Source: Nemertoderma westbladi (taxonomy: Eukaryota; Animalia; Xenacoelomorpha). Taken from it: a stretch of DNA of 64,000 nt. The notes beneath the pieces are model-generated. The model did not search any database. It had not been told where the DNA came from and saw only the letters and a program-made list of their open reading frames with translations. A program made the position numbers and the translations under genes. The DNA is taken from contig JAUCBJ010004194.1 of NCBI GenBank assembly GCA_032718475.1, forward strand, positions 1-64,000, read 5' to 3'. Of this stretch, positions 1 to 13,538 are shown in pieces; position 1 is the first letter of the stretch, and each line of letters begins with the position of its first letter.

Positions 1-1095
1 GTCAGGCCTACTGGTTACCGGTCGACCGATACTTTCGACTTTATTGCTTACTGCAATAAAGAAGCTATATCCTTTAATGTTCGCGCTTTCAGACCTTTGG
101 CAGTTTAACCCACCAAATTAAGATGTCTTCTAGATATTAAATCTGTTTTTAGTCTATGACAAGTATTTGATTCACTACACTAGTCGAAACCAATCCGTGC
201 GCGACCATTCACCCGCTGGATATTCCCGGGAGATTGGGTTCGACGGTTTAATTTTATTGCTATGTAAGCCTAATGTATTATTCGACTGACAGTACTATAT
301 AATCTCTGACAATATTATTCACCTTCAGTAATATTAACAGTTCCTTTAGGATGTGGCGCTTTATCTATATAAACAGAGTTATGACTTAAACTACTCACAA
401 CGATATGGCTTAATTATAATTCACATATATGGCGCATTCTTTAGGAATTGCTTCTTTAACAGACTCACTCATACACAATGCTGCACAATACTGCACACTA
501 ATCTGCCAATCTTCACTGATTTTAGTCACATATAAAAGGAACACAGGCTGACTCATGTAGGGTCTATCAAATAACATTAGATTCACTTCAAACCACTTCA
601 ACATAAGTCACAATCGTTATTGGTAACCTTTCTCTCTTACCTTCGGTATATCAAGAATATTGGGTTTCGGGGTTATTTATCGTTATTCCAAATATAATAA
701 TTCATCAACCATATTATGAAGAACTGACAGTAAATAGCAGTATAAAACAACAACTGAACACTGATTGTTACGAGTTTGCAATGTTTCAGCAGTCAGGATG
801 TATGATCAGTTAGCAGTCCGCAGTAGTCGTTGGGGCCGCAGGTCAGTATGTTAGTTAAAGGATATATGCCCTTTATAATTAAACCTACTAGTGTAAAACT
901 AAAAACAGTAAGGCACAAAATACTTCCAAGCCGTTCTTTCTTAGGCTCAGGACTGAATGTAAACACTGCACATAGGCATTGCGTCATTTCTCGGAAATTT
1001 TCTGTACAAGGAGCCACAAAAACGCTCTAATTGGCTGACTGAACTGAGAGACGCCGTAGAACAAAGGAAATCAACACGTATGAATGTCAGCTGTT
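1..1095. repeat. Dispersed repeat (LTR/5'-UTR-like), diverged copy of 23970-25170; truncated by the window start
   Basis: Colinear shared blocks, e.g. ttcgactttattgc, taatgttcgcgct.tcagacct, aacagttcctttagga.gtggcgcttta, cagagttatgactta, attggctga; no convincing ORF. Confidence 0.7.
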
Positions 1096-1860
1096 AACCG
1101 TAGTCATAGTAACTACTGTTCAAGAGTAGCTATCACCCTTTTGCGTCACGAATTGCCATAGAATCATAAAATATGCCTTTCACAGTACACATACGGAGGA
1201 AATAGGTCTTAGATCCTCTAAAAACACCGATACAGCAATAATACGGTCTCTTACACTTATTAAATCAACTACAGAGTATTTTAATGTAAAAGATAATAAA
1301 AATAACGGGGCAATTCAGCAAAGGCTTTTACACTAACCAAAAATTAATCGAACCCTAACATTACTGAAAAAGTTTTAAAAAAATTTCATAAATCGAACGC
1401 ACATAAAGTATATACCGGTAATATAGAAGCCAACAGTAGCCTACGGTAGTATTGTTGACTTCCATCAGCGGTCTTTTGGAGGGAGGGGATGGGGGGGGGG
1501 GGGGGGGTCACCATTGTTAGAAACATTACGGTTTTTGCTTTCCCTGGGTTTCTATGGGGTGTAAACGTTGTACCGACACTGTCGGCACAGTGTTGCTACA
1601 ACTTTTACACCCGTTTCTATGTGTTTATTTTTAGTTTATTTTTTACCTGATTATTCTTTTACTGTTAAATGTCATTTAATTTAGTTTTCTTACTTTATGT
1701 CCCCTTATGTTCAATATTGATGGTTTATTTAGTTTAGTTCAGAAATTAATTGTTGTAGGCTGTTATCTAACGAGTTCCAGACAATGGCACCGTGATATTC
1801 TAATGATTTTTGTGGGTGTTTAAATGTATTTTATTATGTGGAATATAGCTACTGTATATA

Positions 1861-1988
1861 CGTCATTGTTCATAAAATAGCACTTTATAACGTTACGGCA
1901 CGAGTGATTTTGTTTCCCGAGCGACAACGAGGGAAATAACAAAACGAGGGCCGTAAAAGCTTTAAAGTGCTAATTATGAACAATGGCG
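1861..1988. repeat. Imperfect palindrome / short MITE-like hairpin
   Basis: cgtcattgttcataa.atagcacttta ... taaagtgctaattatgaacaatggcg arms around a cccgagcgacaacgaggg centre. Confidence 0.6.
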
Positions 1989-4900
1989 AATCTAATTTTA
2001 TTTATTTGTGGGAATTATTTGTAGTTATGCACTTAAACTTTCTAGAACAACCTACATAATGACGCGGTGACATACTGGAAATACATAGTAAATGTATGGC
2101 GTAGGGACATACTGAGAAATAATGTCGCACTGCGATATAAAGATTATTGATGTTGATGGGGAAGAAGATGAATTCCTTTTCAAGCGCGGGGACTGAATTT
2201 CCGAAACTGAGATGATTTCTGCACTTAAACCTGCCAGTCTGGAATATTTCCAGGAAGTGAGAGTTTAAAACTCTAGCAGGACCTTCATGAAGGAGACAGA
2301 AATAGTGGATTACAGCTTCTATTACGTTGTCAGTAAGCCAGTTATCATGGTATAAGGACTCAATGTCACGGCAAGAAAGGGGTAGGCCCCTAACTCATAC
2401 ATATCTTTGACATGGGTGGTGGGTCCTCTAAAAGTACACTATCTGTGAGACTAATACAGGGGATATCCATGGTAGGAGAGGTGAATTATGCACATTAAAT
2501 TAATAAATTAATAATAAATTAATAAATTAAGCTATTAATTGCAGACTACATTACAACTTCCACTAGATAGATAGATAGATTTATACATTATGTAAAAACA
2601 ATAACAAATACACCAAACAATGTACCGGTATAAAGGTATTGTCCAACATAACATATAGGATTACCCCTAAAGCTTTGCAGCTTATTTCCAAGGTGGTCCT
2701 TTATGTTACTTGGTTACAAATACAATATTACACTACGCTAACCTAAAACCAATATAAAACGTAATTACACTATGTACATGTACAACTTTACCGAGAGCGT
2801 GACAATGTCCGACTCAACGATAAAGATGTAATGTACAGAACAATTTATTATAAAACGTAATTACAGTATAAATAGTAAATAATTAATAAACTAATAACTT
2901 ACTGTAGGACTATTGTACCTATTTTTACATTGCACACGGAGGTGAGATTTAACTGCAGATTTAAAAGAATGTTGATTATTTAGGTTTTTAATTTCATTAG
3001 GCAGAGCGTTCCAATTTTTAATACCGTTAAAAAAGAAAGTATCAGATTCGAAGGATTTACAATTCGGGAGGTAGAAGTTTGAAGCACTAGCTCTGGTACT
3101 GTAAGAGTGTGTATCGCGTACTCTGTTGAATTTTTGTTTTAGGTAATTGGGACATTTACCATTATACACTTTATGCACATGGTTAAGGCGTAGCTGCTTA
3201 ACTCTACTATCTAAGTTAAGTAGTCCAGATTCAGAAAAGTCATCTGGAGTTAGGTGGTGCCTAGGTTTGTAGTCTTTAATAAATCGTACTACTTTATTCT
3301 GAGCTACTTGTAATTTACATTTAAGCTGTTTGGTTAAGCCTTCATACCATCAAGAAGAGCACGCATAGTCCATGTGACACTGTATTAAAGAAGAGCAAAG
3401 TAACTTGCAGGAGTCCGTATTTAAACTATTTTTATTTCTGTATAGAAACCTAAGCCTACTGTTTAACTTTCGAGAAAATATTTTTCACTGTACTTTCCCC
3501 TGATAAGCAGTTATCAAATGTGGCGCCTAAATATTTAACTTCCTTTTTAATTGCAATCTTATGTCCATTACTTGTGACTTCAAACTTAGTTACCTTCTTT
3601 AACTTTCTTTTGAAACCAAACAAAGTACTTTCAGTCTTACCGTAATGAATGGATAGCTTATTATCAACCAACCACTCATTACAGGATTCTAGAACTGCAC
3701 TTAACTTTTGGGAAATATGGATAGAATCTTTATGAGAGAAAATAAGAGCACTGTCGTCGGCATATAAAATGAGTTTAAAATCGGGATCTAAAATCTGTTG
3801 AACATATATATATATATAACATATATATACATATATGTCGGCATATAATAATATCGTATATAATCGTATATCGCATATAATCGGGATCTATACTACTTAC
3901 CATATCATTTACATAGCATAAAAAAAGCAGAGGACCTAATATACTACCTTGCGGTACACCACAGGTAATTTCTTGTACAGTAGACTGCGATTTGCTAATG
4001 ACTACACTGTAGTCATTAGAAGCCAACATCTGTAGTCACTGTAACTACAAACTGTAGTCACTACAGTTTGACCTCTGTCTGACAGGTAGGACTTGAACCA
4101 GTCTATAGAACCTACACCCAGAATTTCATGATCTACAGTATCGAAAGCCTTTTGTAGGCCTTTTTGCCTTTTTTACCATACCAGTATATAAACCCTTTGC
4201 GTTATTACATCTAATTGTATCAGTTAAGTTAATAAGGTGTCTGTAGAATATGATTTACGAAAACCGGACTGAAGTTCATAGATCAGATTTAGCCTACTAA
4301 GATGTGCTTCCAGCTGTAGAAAAACAGAACGTTCTAGAATTTTAGATACAATACTTAAGATACTAACAGGTCTGTAATTACAGGGTTCAACTTTACTAAT
4401 CTTTTTATACAGAGGAACAACCTTAGCTAATTTCAGTTCGTCTGGTACTACATTATCTACGATAGAGTAATTAATAATAAAAGTAATAGGCAATTTAAGT
4501 ACTTCAGCACCATCCTTAAGAAAACGGGCAGGTATTAGGTCTAGACCGTAGGTCTAGACCGGTACTTTTTGAGGCTGAGGGGCTAAGTAGATTTTGAAAA
4601 ACGAAATCCTCAGAAACGGGTTTTAAAAATACCTTTTCTGAATTTTGTAACTTTTCTAAATAAAAATTATTTAGAGTTTCGGACCCTAAACTATATTTAT
4701 TACTTGATAACGGTAACTTCTTAACTAAATTTGACGCAATATTAGTAAAATAATTATTAAATAAATTACTAACTAGAGTATGATCATGAATCACCTCACC
4801 GTTAACTTGCAGAACAATATTCGATTTAGATTTAAGGTTTTTATAACCTAAAGATTTTAGGGTAGACCATAGACTTTTATGAGTATCTTTATTCTCACTT

Positions 4901-6142
4901 ATTTTGTTGTACAAATATTCAGATTTAGCTTTTTTTATTTCCCGTTGAACTAGGTAAATCAGCTAAAACACGGTATTTCCTAAATTTATACAAATAGTTA
5001 TCTCGTTCTCTGATATTACTAAGAATACCCAAGGTAATTTCTTTAATTGGTGCTACAGTATTAAGTGCCTTTATAAATATATCTTTAAAAACAGTGTACG
5101 CAAGGTTAATGTCAGCGGCCTTAAAACAGGGTTCCCAGTCAGAATTAACTAACAAACTTAAAAAGCGCTCCTTGCTGTAATTTTTCATAGACCTAACTGT
5201 GACTGTTTTATGATCCCCAAAAAAAGATTTTTGTGTCTTTCTTGTGCAAAAACTATAAAATGATCGCTTAGACGTACAGGTAAAACCCCAGATTGAAAAA
5301 TAATATCGGTATTATTACAAAGGATGTGATCTAGTAAAGTAGAAGTTTTATTGGTAATTCTGGTAGAATCTCGAATAATTTGTTTTAAACCAAACAAATT
5401 TGAAATACTTTGGTACTGTTTACAGATGGGGGATGCTTTGTGATGGTAACAGATATTAAAATCACCTAAGAAATATATTTCACAGTCTGACCTAAGATTA
5501 CATAAAATTGTATTTTCAAAATTTTGCAAAAAATCTGATTGTTTAGGGGTCCGATATAAGGTACCGATTAAAATAGGTTTAGTTTTAGGAAGTAAAAGTT
5601 CCACCAGTAAAACTTTGTCACAAGTCTCTAAATCTTCCCTACGATTAAAAGCTAAATCACATCGAATGTAAGTACAGACACCACCACCATGTCTGTCCCT
5701 ATCCTTACGTAAAACTATGTAATTATCAATATAAATTTATCCATCAGAAACGCTATCATCGAGCCAAAGTTTCAGATATTGTTAAAACTGCTGGATTGGA
5801 TTTATTTATTAAAATACGAATTTCGGAAAGTTTGGGAAGCAGAGATCGTGCATTTAAATGCAAAAAATGTAGACCTTTTTTCTTAAAAAATTGAAAAGTT
5901 TCACTCTCAGCATCACTTGGAGTTTGCAGAGGCGATGTGAGGAATGAATCGTCGGTTTCTGATTCTAAAATAGTATCATGAAAGGGAAGTTCGGTAAAAA
6001 TACAGCTATTTGCAGAGAAAACTTGGCTCAAGATTGTTTCTGGTGGAGAATAAATTACTGCTTTTCCTACGGTAACATTTTAAATGTACAAATGTGTCAC
6101 AACTCTCGTATTGGACAATCTTACTCCGAGAGTTTGTTCCTC

Positions 6143-6914
6143 AGCTCATTAGAACATGCTGCTTCTAGTGTTGGTCTTTTTATTAACTCCAGAAAGACCA
6201 AAATTCTGACTGTTAACTTTGAAAGTCCTCAGCAAGTCTCTGATCGGATGAGCATAAGCTCAAAGGATGGTATGCTTGAGCATGTGGACGACTTCTGTTA
6301 CCTGGGATCATGGATCCGGAAGTCAGGTGAGGACCTTCGAATACGTAAGGGAAAGGCATGGACAGCCTTGAATAGGCTTTCCAGGATTTGGAAATCACCG
6401 AGAATTAATCGGAAACTTAAGGTAGGTCCGATTATTTAGAGCAGCAGTAGTTCCAGTACTCCTCTACGGGAGTCCATGCTGGGCTCTAACTGCTGAGGAC
6501 ACCAAATCTCTGGATGGCACATTCACAAGAATGCTACGCCGGGTTCATTGTGTCAAGTACAATGCACACATCTCCAACCAGACACTATATAACATTGGAG
6601 GTGTCTCATTGGTTCCCCCAAGCTGGACACTAGAACAAAATCGCCTCCGCTTTGCAGGACATTGCTTTCGCCGTGAGGACCAGCCAGTGCATAATCTTGT
6701 ACTTTGGCAGCCTCATGGAGTGAATAAGCATGGTGGACAGCCCATGACTTTCTTGAGACGCATCTTAAAGGACACTGGCCTTAAAGATGCGGATGATCTA
6801 GCAAATGTCATGGGTGATAGGGAGTTGTGGCGGTGCAATTTTGTTGACAAGCCGGCACAGCATTCTTAAAAATGCAGCTGCAATGCAGCATGCCGATCCT
6901 AGTAGTAGTAGTAG
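6143..6914 (+). mobile_element. 5'-truncated RTE-clade LINE inserted into the CR1/L2 element
   Basis: RT C-terminal motifs GLFINSRKTK, VDDFCYLGSWI, RLRFAGHCFRR; (AGT)n tail ending at 6914; TSD ttgttcctc at 6134-6142 and 6915-6923; same family as 41150-44560. Confidence 0.9.
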
Positions 6915-6966
6915 TTGTTCCTCGTTGACAGACGGGACAGTTGATCTTCGGGGCCCTCATCCTGCT

Positions 6967-6993
6967 GGGTCCTGGGTTGGTCTCAATATCCCC
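6967..6993 (-). other. 2A-like ribosome-skipping (StopGo) motif LLSLAGDIETNPG/P
   Basis: Matches the D(V/I)ExNPGP consensus, preceded by a leucine-rich stretch, at the N-terminus of LINE ORF2. Confidence 0.85.
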
Positions 6994-7817
6994 AGCCAGA
7001 GACAGAAGACAGAGTTTGGCGATTAGGCCTCTAGTTCGTGGAGAGGAGACCCAAGATCTTCTTCCCCAACGAGAGCAGTAGAGGCTAAATCCACTCGTCG
7101 ACCCCATCTCCGTCGATTCGGCGCGGCAGTTCGAAACGGTAGCGACAGGGTGTTCCGCAAACCAGTCCAATACGGGTATTGGGTGGGTTGCAGGGTTACC
7201 CCGCGGATCGGATGGTTCTGCCACAACGAAACGGCCCAGAACGATGAAAACTGTGGAGATTAAGAGCGGTGACATTGTGCTGTCTGGCTGTAGTCTGACT
7301 TAAAGGATAAAAACTGTATAGGCCTAGTACCGGTATCTTTCTTGGTCTTATTGTCGGCAGCCCTACAGCTAGTACTCTGCTACATTTTTTTCTTCACAAA
7401 TTTCACAAAATTCTAGAATTCACAACGAATTCTTCCAATAGAATCTAGAATAAGGAATAGAATAGACTTTATTATGATGAATACACAACATTCTAGAATG
7501 TGTTATTTATTTTTCTTTCTTGACGAAATTCGGATATTGGGCACTACTACAGTAGGTGTTCCCATGACCGGGATTTTCTTGTAGTAGCCAGTTTTTGCTA
7601 CTTTTTATTTTTTTAATGTTCTATGACATACTAACTATAGTTTTGTAAAAAAATGTTCTAGAACAAATATTTTTTGTTCCAGAACATTTTAAAAAATATA
7701 ATCCAGGTTTCTGTCTATGTGTTATGTTATGTGGTCGTGTGCAGTAAATAAGGATGCACAGATGCTAACGGGCTTCAGATCTGTACCGTTTCAATTTCAA
7801 GAGCTGTTTTACAGTTG

Positions 7818-8297
7818 TAGTATTTTATTCCAAAATTGTAACATTACTCAATGCCGTTAGTATTAACAGCGAGTTGTTATTTAGCACTTTACAACTTTAG
7901 AGGACATTACAGCATTGTATTGGCCTGTACATTTAGTATTGTATTTAGTATTATTGTTTACGTGGTAACCCATGACGGCATTAAGTAATGTCCACTAAGG
8001 GGACATTACAAAAGGTGTCAAGTAAACAAAAGGTGTAAATTTGCCTGACAGCCAGATAGGCATACTGCATTACCTACCGGTAGGCAGGGTATAGCTATTA
8101 ATAACCAGTAGGGCCTAGTTATATTATTATAACATGGCTCCAAAAGCCGCCATTAATATAAGCTAACTTATTTATAACATAATTTATGTCATTTTTACAT
8201 TTATTTATATAGCAACTAATATAATTTGTGCAGTTTCTATCTCTTATAATGTATTTGTACGACCATTTCGTAATGTTAAAATTTTGGAATAAAACTA
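7818..8297. mobile_element. MITE family A, copy 1 (~25-bp TIRs, central palindrome)
   Basis: TIR ttttattccaaaattgtaacattac / gtaatgttaaaattttggaataaaa; homologous to 17326-17770 and 53142-53625. Confidence 0.85.
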
Positions 8298-8552
8298 CTG
8301 ATCAATGAACAATTGTTGATGCTAGTACTAATGGTACTAAATAGTACTAATGAACAATTTCAGCAGCTCTTTTCAGCATTTCTCATAATTTGTGAAAGAC
8401 ATTGAACAGTTATATCAGCTCTATTCAGTATTCCTGATGATGTGCAAAGGCCTTTCGGCCATCCTATATACAACATTATTACCCCACCAAAACAGTACAT
8501 GTCTCTATTATTATAAGTTCCGTTGCCGTCATCTTGTTGTAGACCAACATCT

Positions 8553-9208
8553 ACTGTATCGGGTGTTCCATAATGATTATGCCTTCCCCCCTGGCCAGCC
8601 AAAACTGCCAGATATGTACTTCAGTATAATATATCATTCGAAAGAGAATTTAATTCTGAGCTTGCATGCAAAAATTTAAGGTCCAACACTAAAGTATAAA
8701 ATTTTTATAGGTACTTTTTTAAGCCTATCTTACTTTTCAATATATGTGATTTAATCACAATTAAAAAAATATATAATTTATCCAGTGTTAGTCATCAGAT
8801 TTGCAACCCAGTTTAAACAGTTCTTTTCAGAGAGGGTCGTGATTCTGTGGCATAATCAAACTGAACTCAAATCAAACGGGCCCTTTTAAGGGCCAACATC
8901 CTTTGCCACTATCAAGGAGCTCCCAGTGAAGCAAAGGGGAAGCATGGCTGTAAATCTGATGACTAACGCTGCAACGCTGGATAAATTATATTTTTTTAGT
9001 TGTGATTAAATCAAAAATATTCAAAAATACGATTGGTTTAAAGAATAGCCTATAAAATTGTTATACTTATGAATTGGAACCTGCATTTTTGCATGCAAGC
9101 TCAGAATTAAATTTCGAATGATATATTATACTACATATTACACATATCTGGCAGCTTTGACTCAATCATCATCAGTTCTATCATTTATGGAACACCCGGT
9201 AGTTACAG
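8553..9208. mobile_element. Foldback/MITE with long (~250 bp) imperfect inverted arms
   Basis: cgggtgttccataa...ctgccagatatg...aatttaattctgagcttgcatgcaaaaa...ttagtcatcagattt is mirrored at 8950-9200. Confidence 0.75.
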
Positions 9209-9686
9209 GAGGGATATTTGTAAGCCTATCATTCAGATGACTGTAGTGATATATTGTTAAAAATGCTAAACCAGATGGTTTAGGCATATTGTTAACGTAG
9301 TACTCGTTCTCAGTACAAGCATCCTAGCGTTCGACTTTTTTTATCTGAATATTTGTCCTAAAAGTAGACAACAATCTTTATAACAACTATTCAAATTATC
9401 GCAATTGTGCAAGTAACTTCTGATTTATGGCCAGGTGGATACATTGATACATACATACTGTACATAGATAGATATACTGTATATATTATACTCACCAAAA
9501 CTTATGACAAATACTCTGCCTATACTATGGGCAGGTTCGCTATTACTGATGTCATTCATGGTGAATGTTATTCACCATGATGGGTTGATAACTATCCCCC
9601 ATAAATACCACACCCCATTTTATTTCTCTTCCCCACAAAAAACCCTTTTAGAAATGTTATCATAGTTGGAAACGGGTGACAAAGCA

Positions 9687-9816
9687 TTTATTACCAGGTT
9701 ATTTTGTTATTTTACGAGATATTTTACCCTCAGAGATGTTATAAGATTTTTATGTTATTAATAACATCTCCTTGGGTAAAATATCTTGTAAAATAACAAA
9801 ATAACCTGGTAATAAA
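9687..9816. repeat. ~130-bp palindrome (mini-MITE)
   Basis: atttattaccaggttattttgttattttac.agatattttaccc mirrored by gggtaaaatatcttgtaaaataacaaaataacctggtaataaat. Confidence 0.75.
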
Positions 9817-11339
9817 TAAAGGTATAACCCACTTTTGTAAAGAGAGATTGGCCTATCCTAATTGGTCAGGGTAGGTGGTCTGTTATTGGTTCTGCTGACA
9901 ATCAATTTAGTTAAAGGGCAGCAGATTGGATGTGTTTGTTCTTAGCTAATAAGGCGGTTTCTCTCTCTTTCCTGTTTGGTAGTAACCTAATAATTGGGGT
10001 GGTTACTACCATAGCTATGTACACACAATGCAATATGGGGGGTTGCTTAATGCTTCCCCATAGGTTGTATGCACACTCATCCACCAATATAGAGTAATGA
10101 ACACATTGGATCAACTGTACTAAATTGGTAGATTGCACAGTCACGTACTACTAATTTAGTTCAACCCACAAGGCGTTATGTTTGTTAGCCTGACTTTCCT
10201 AGGTAACAAACTAGGGTGTTAATTGTTTGCCATTTCTTGGCTATCGGCTGATAAGGTGACTTATGGTTTTGGGTGCAAAAGTGCGCTAAGGGATGTATCC
10301 CGTAACATAGAATAAGCAATATTTAAACAAAATTCATGTTTATCAATATGCCATAATTTTTCAATTGAGTTTCACTAAATGAAACTAATATATTAATACG
10401 TAGTGAAAATAATCTTCCATAGAAAAATAATACTACGTATTGCATGTTAAATAATGTGTAACATATTATGACTATGTTGTTGAGTCTTTATTTTCCTCGC
10501 TATGGTCAGTAAATATAACATCTCGAATAAAGTGAAAACAATGTTATAAATTGTTTTGCCTTGCAATAAACTTGTATTTGACCCTGAGTTATGTATGTTT
10601 AGTGGATATTTGTTTTAAACAGTGAGGTAAAGTAAAGTTGTTGGTGTGTGTTTTTGGTATTCACTGAAAGTAACCGCTCTGATTAGATTGTTAACTTTAA
10701 TTTTAATGGCTAAATGTGTGCGGGTTGAGTGTTTCTCCAGATCAATATCCGGAATGTAATGTATGGTTGTAAAAGGGAGTGATAAAGTAGTTGAAGTATG
10801 TGTTGTGTAGTGGTAAAATGTAGCGAAGTTTAAAGAAAATACCTATAGATTTTGTGTAAATTACTTTTTTTTAATAAGAGTTTGTCCTATTTTTCTATTT
10901 GCAATATTGGCATGTTTTAATTTGTGATAATTAAGTGTTCTATTACTTTTAAGGTTTAGTGACTGTTAAAAGCATTTTTTAATAATTTAGATTGAAAGAA
11001 ACATTGATTTTGTTTTCCTAAGCACTGTGTTGTTTTGCCCTAATAAATGTTCACCAACACAATTATTTCCCGCTTGTTTTGTGTTTTTTCCAGTTGCCCC
11101 CCTAGGAGTACGCCAAGGCGAGGTCGAGTATTTCCTACTCCGAGAAATAATTGCATTTTGTTATGAAAAGAGTAATTTATGAGTTGTTATTATTAAATAA
11201 TAATGTAGATTGTTATGGTAGTAACAATAACAATACTGTACATACAGCAGCAGCTGCAGTATTAGTACGAAAAAATGAGGAAACTCTTATATGTAGTAGC
11301 TGTAGAAAATCATTACAATTAATCCACAAATACTAAAGA

Positions 11340-12830
11340 CTAATGATTATAAGAATAGCACTATTCGTGGTGAAGTGTATGACACATTTGTGGCGACGCC
11401 GATCCGCTGGTTTGTGAGAAGAGATGGGATTTGCTATGCATGCAGTTAACAAAACAACCGAAGATATTCAAAACCTTCTAGCTCAGGTAGGAAACAATTA
11501 AATATGTTACTGATGTACGGGACGATGCTTTTCTTGTCGCAGTTTAGGAAAGATAGGAAAGAAAGATTATGCTTCCTACTGTTTGTTCTAACTTACAAGC
11601 CAACTCCCTCCATTATTATCATGTCCTACTCCCTCCATTATTAGAACAACAGAAAGCCGATCCTGCTGATGTTGCACTTATTTTAAAAGTCAGGTCAAAA
11701 GTGATGAAGATTTGTTTGGAGAGAGTTTGGCCGCAAGTCTAAAGAGAATGGATCCACAATTGAGGTCCTATGCAAAGTTGAAGTTGCAAGAACTCTTGTA
11801 TAATATTGAATACAATTCGACCATCTATCTGTCAACCTCAACCTGAGTAATTCCCGAATCAGCTGATTCACTATATCACTCAATCTGTAACCACAATAGA
11901 CCAGGATCAGGAATCAGGATCACACACCGACCAATAGGGAAGTGATGAAAAATCAGTGCCAATATAAGAAATTGTAAAACTAATACTGGTATGTGAGACA
12001 TTTTTGTGTTTTGTGTTTTTGTAAAACTAATATGCGGGATATTTTTGATGGCAGAGACTGACGATCATGATCCAGCAATCCGAGTTACATTTCCCACTGA
12101 CCAGTTTCATGTCCCAGTCACCAGGGTGTGTATTTCCCTCATCGTCTTCTGTGTACAAATTGGGTGGGACAGTATTCTTCACGAACATCGTTCTTCTTAA
12201 AAAAACAATTGACAATGTTATCTGCATGATATGGTTTTGCTATGATGCCCCGATGTAATATGTGCCACCTAATACAAGCTATGCCAAATACATTTTCAAT
12301 TGTATGCCTGGCACGAGAAAGCCGATAATTGAAAATGGGCTGAGTTGTAGCAAGGTTCTTACCAGTGTATCATCCTCAACAAAGTTATAAGGAAGCTGAA
12401 AGTTTGTTCCTTGATTAATCTTGTTACTTCTTGTTAATTTTTCTTGTTTGATTAACCTTGTTCCTTGGTTAATTTAGAGGGTGAGTGGCAGAGTTTCCTA
12501 TGCCAGCATTTTTCCCAACTCAGATAAGGCAACACAAGTTTTGTGAATAGAACGACCGATTCTAAAACTAAAAGTTATAGTTTGTTGGAATAAGGCAACA
12601 CAAGTTTTGTGAATAGAACGACCGATTCTAAAACTAAAAGTTATAGTTTGTTGGAATCTCCAGTTGCCAAGTAGAGCATTGTCACAGCTAGATGCCTGGC
12701 AGATGTAATGGAACTGAGTTTAGATTTTTTTATCACAACTGGTTCTACAATCTTAGTTGGTTCATCGAATGTCACTGTTGACATTCTAAAGTACCTAAAA
12801 ACAGTTCAGGGTCGTTTCTCATGTCAGTAA
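11340..12830. mobile_element. Decayed PIF/Harbinger transposon: BESS-motif accessory gene remnant (+, ~11700-11815) converging on a HARBI1-type nuclease remnant (-, ~12000-12760)
   Basis: + strand DEDLFGESLAASLKRMDPQLRSYAKLKLQELLYNIEY (BESS-like); - strand QQTITFSFRIGRS and SRARHTIENVFGIACIRWHILHRGI (HARBI1-like); internal ~65-bp tandem duplication at 12524-12657; boundaries approximate. Confidence 0.75.
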
Positions 12831-13538
12831 AACGTTTATTAAATAGTTGTTATTTATATTGTTCATTTTACAGTTTTGTTACAATTACAGCACAACTTTG
12901 TTTAATTTATTTTGATTTTGTGTCACTCTGTGCTGGTATTGCTCGATTTTTTGCTTGCAGCTGATGGTTTGTTACTATTTATTCATCCATCGTCCCATTC
13001 AGAAATTAACAACTAATAAATTTATTAAATTCTCCAAATTCTTATATCTCCTTGAACATGGGGCGAAAGCAACAATAAGATTGTCTTCATTTATAATCAA
13101 ATGTTAAATTTGAATTACAGAAAGACAGTTAAGTATGTGTATAAACAATTATTATAATAATAAACTTCACATTAGATTTATTATCAATCATTGACTATAT
13201 TATCACGTTCTTGTAGAGTTGGCCAATCATGTAGTGGTAAAAAAATGAGCTTGTTAAATCAGCAATAAGCAGTATCAGTAACTTTGCGCACCATTACTAT
13301 TACATCAACATTATTTTGCTTCAAGAGACGATATACAACATCAGTGATTACTCAGATTTGTTTTGATTTATTTACATATAATCATTCTAGAAACTGGCAT
13401 AATTGTTTAATTATATTTTGTTATATGAAATATTTGTATTAACGTCCAATTTACACGCACATATGATTTTATATCCACCACCACATACAGTATGATCGAT
13501 CATATAAGAAGATTTATTTCAATTTTAATATCATGTCT

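Larger units (their letters stand above)
2780..7300 (-). mobile_element. Decayed CR1/L2-group LINE ORF2 (2A peptide-PHD-APE-RT), interrupted by an RTE fragment
   Basis: APE motifs HLNARSL, ISET, GDFNI, TLLDHI, SDHF; RT motifs NYRPVSILS, QSGFR, GVPQGSILGPLLF, YADD (about 3752-3765); C-terminal WNALP; many stops and frameshifts. Confidence 0.9.

Noticed and set aside
5978-6439. 153-aa ORF as a novel fusion protein
   Set aside because: Chance read-through from antisense CR1/L2 sequence into the inserted RTE fragment.
8360-8679. Short overlapping ORFs as a host exon
   Set aside because: No recognisable domain, and they overlap a foldback arm.
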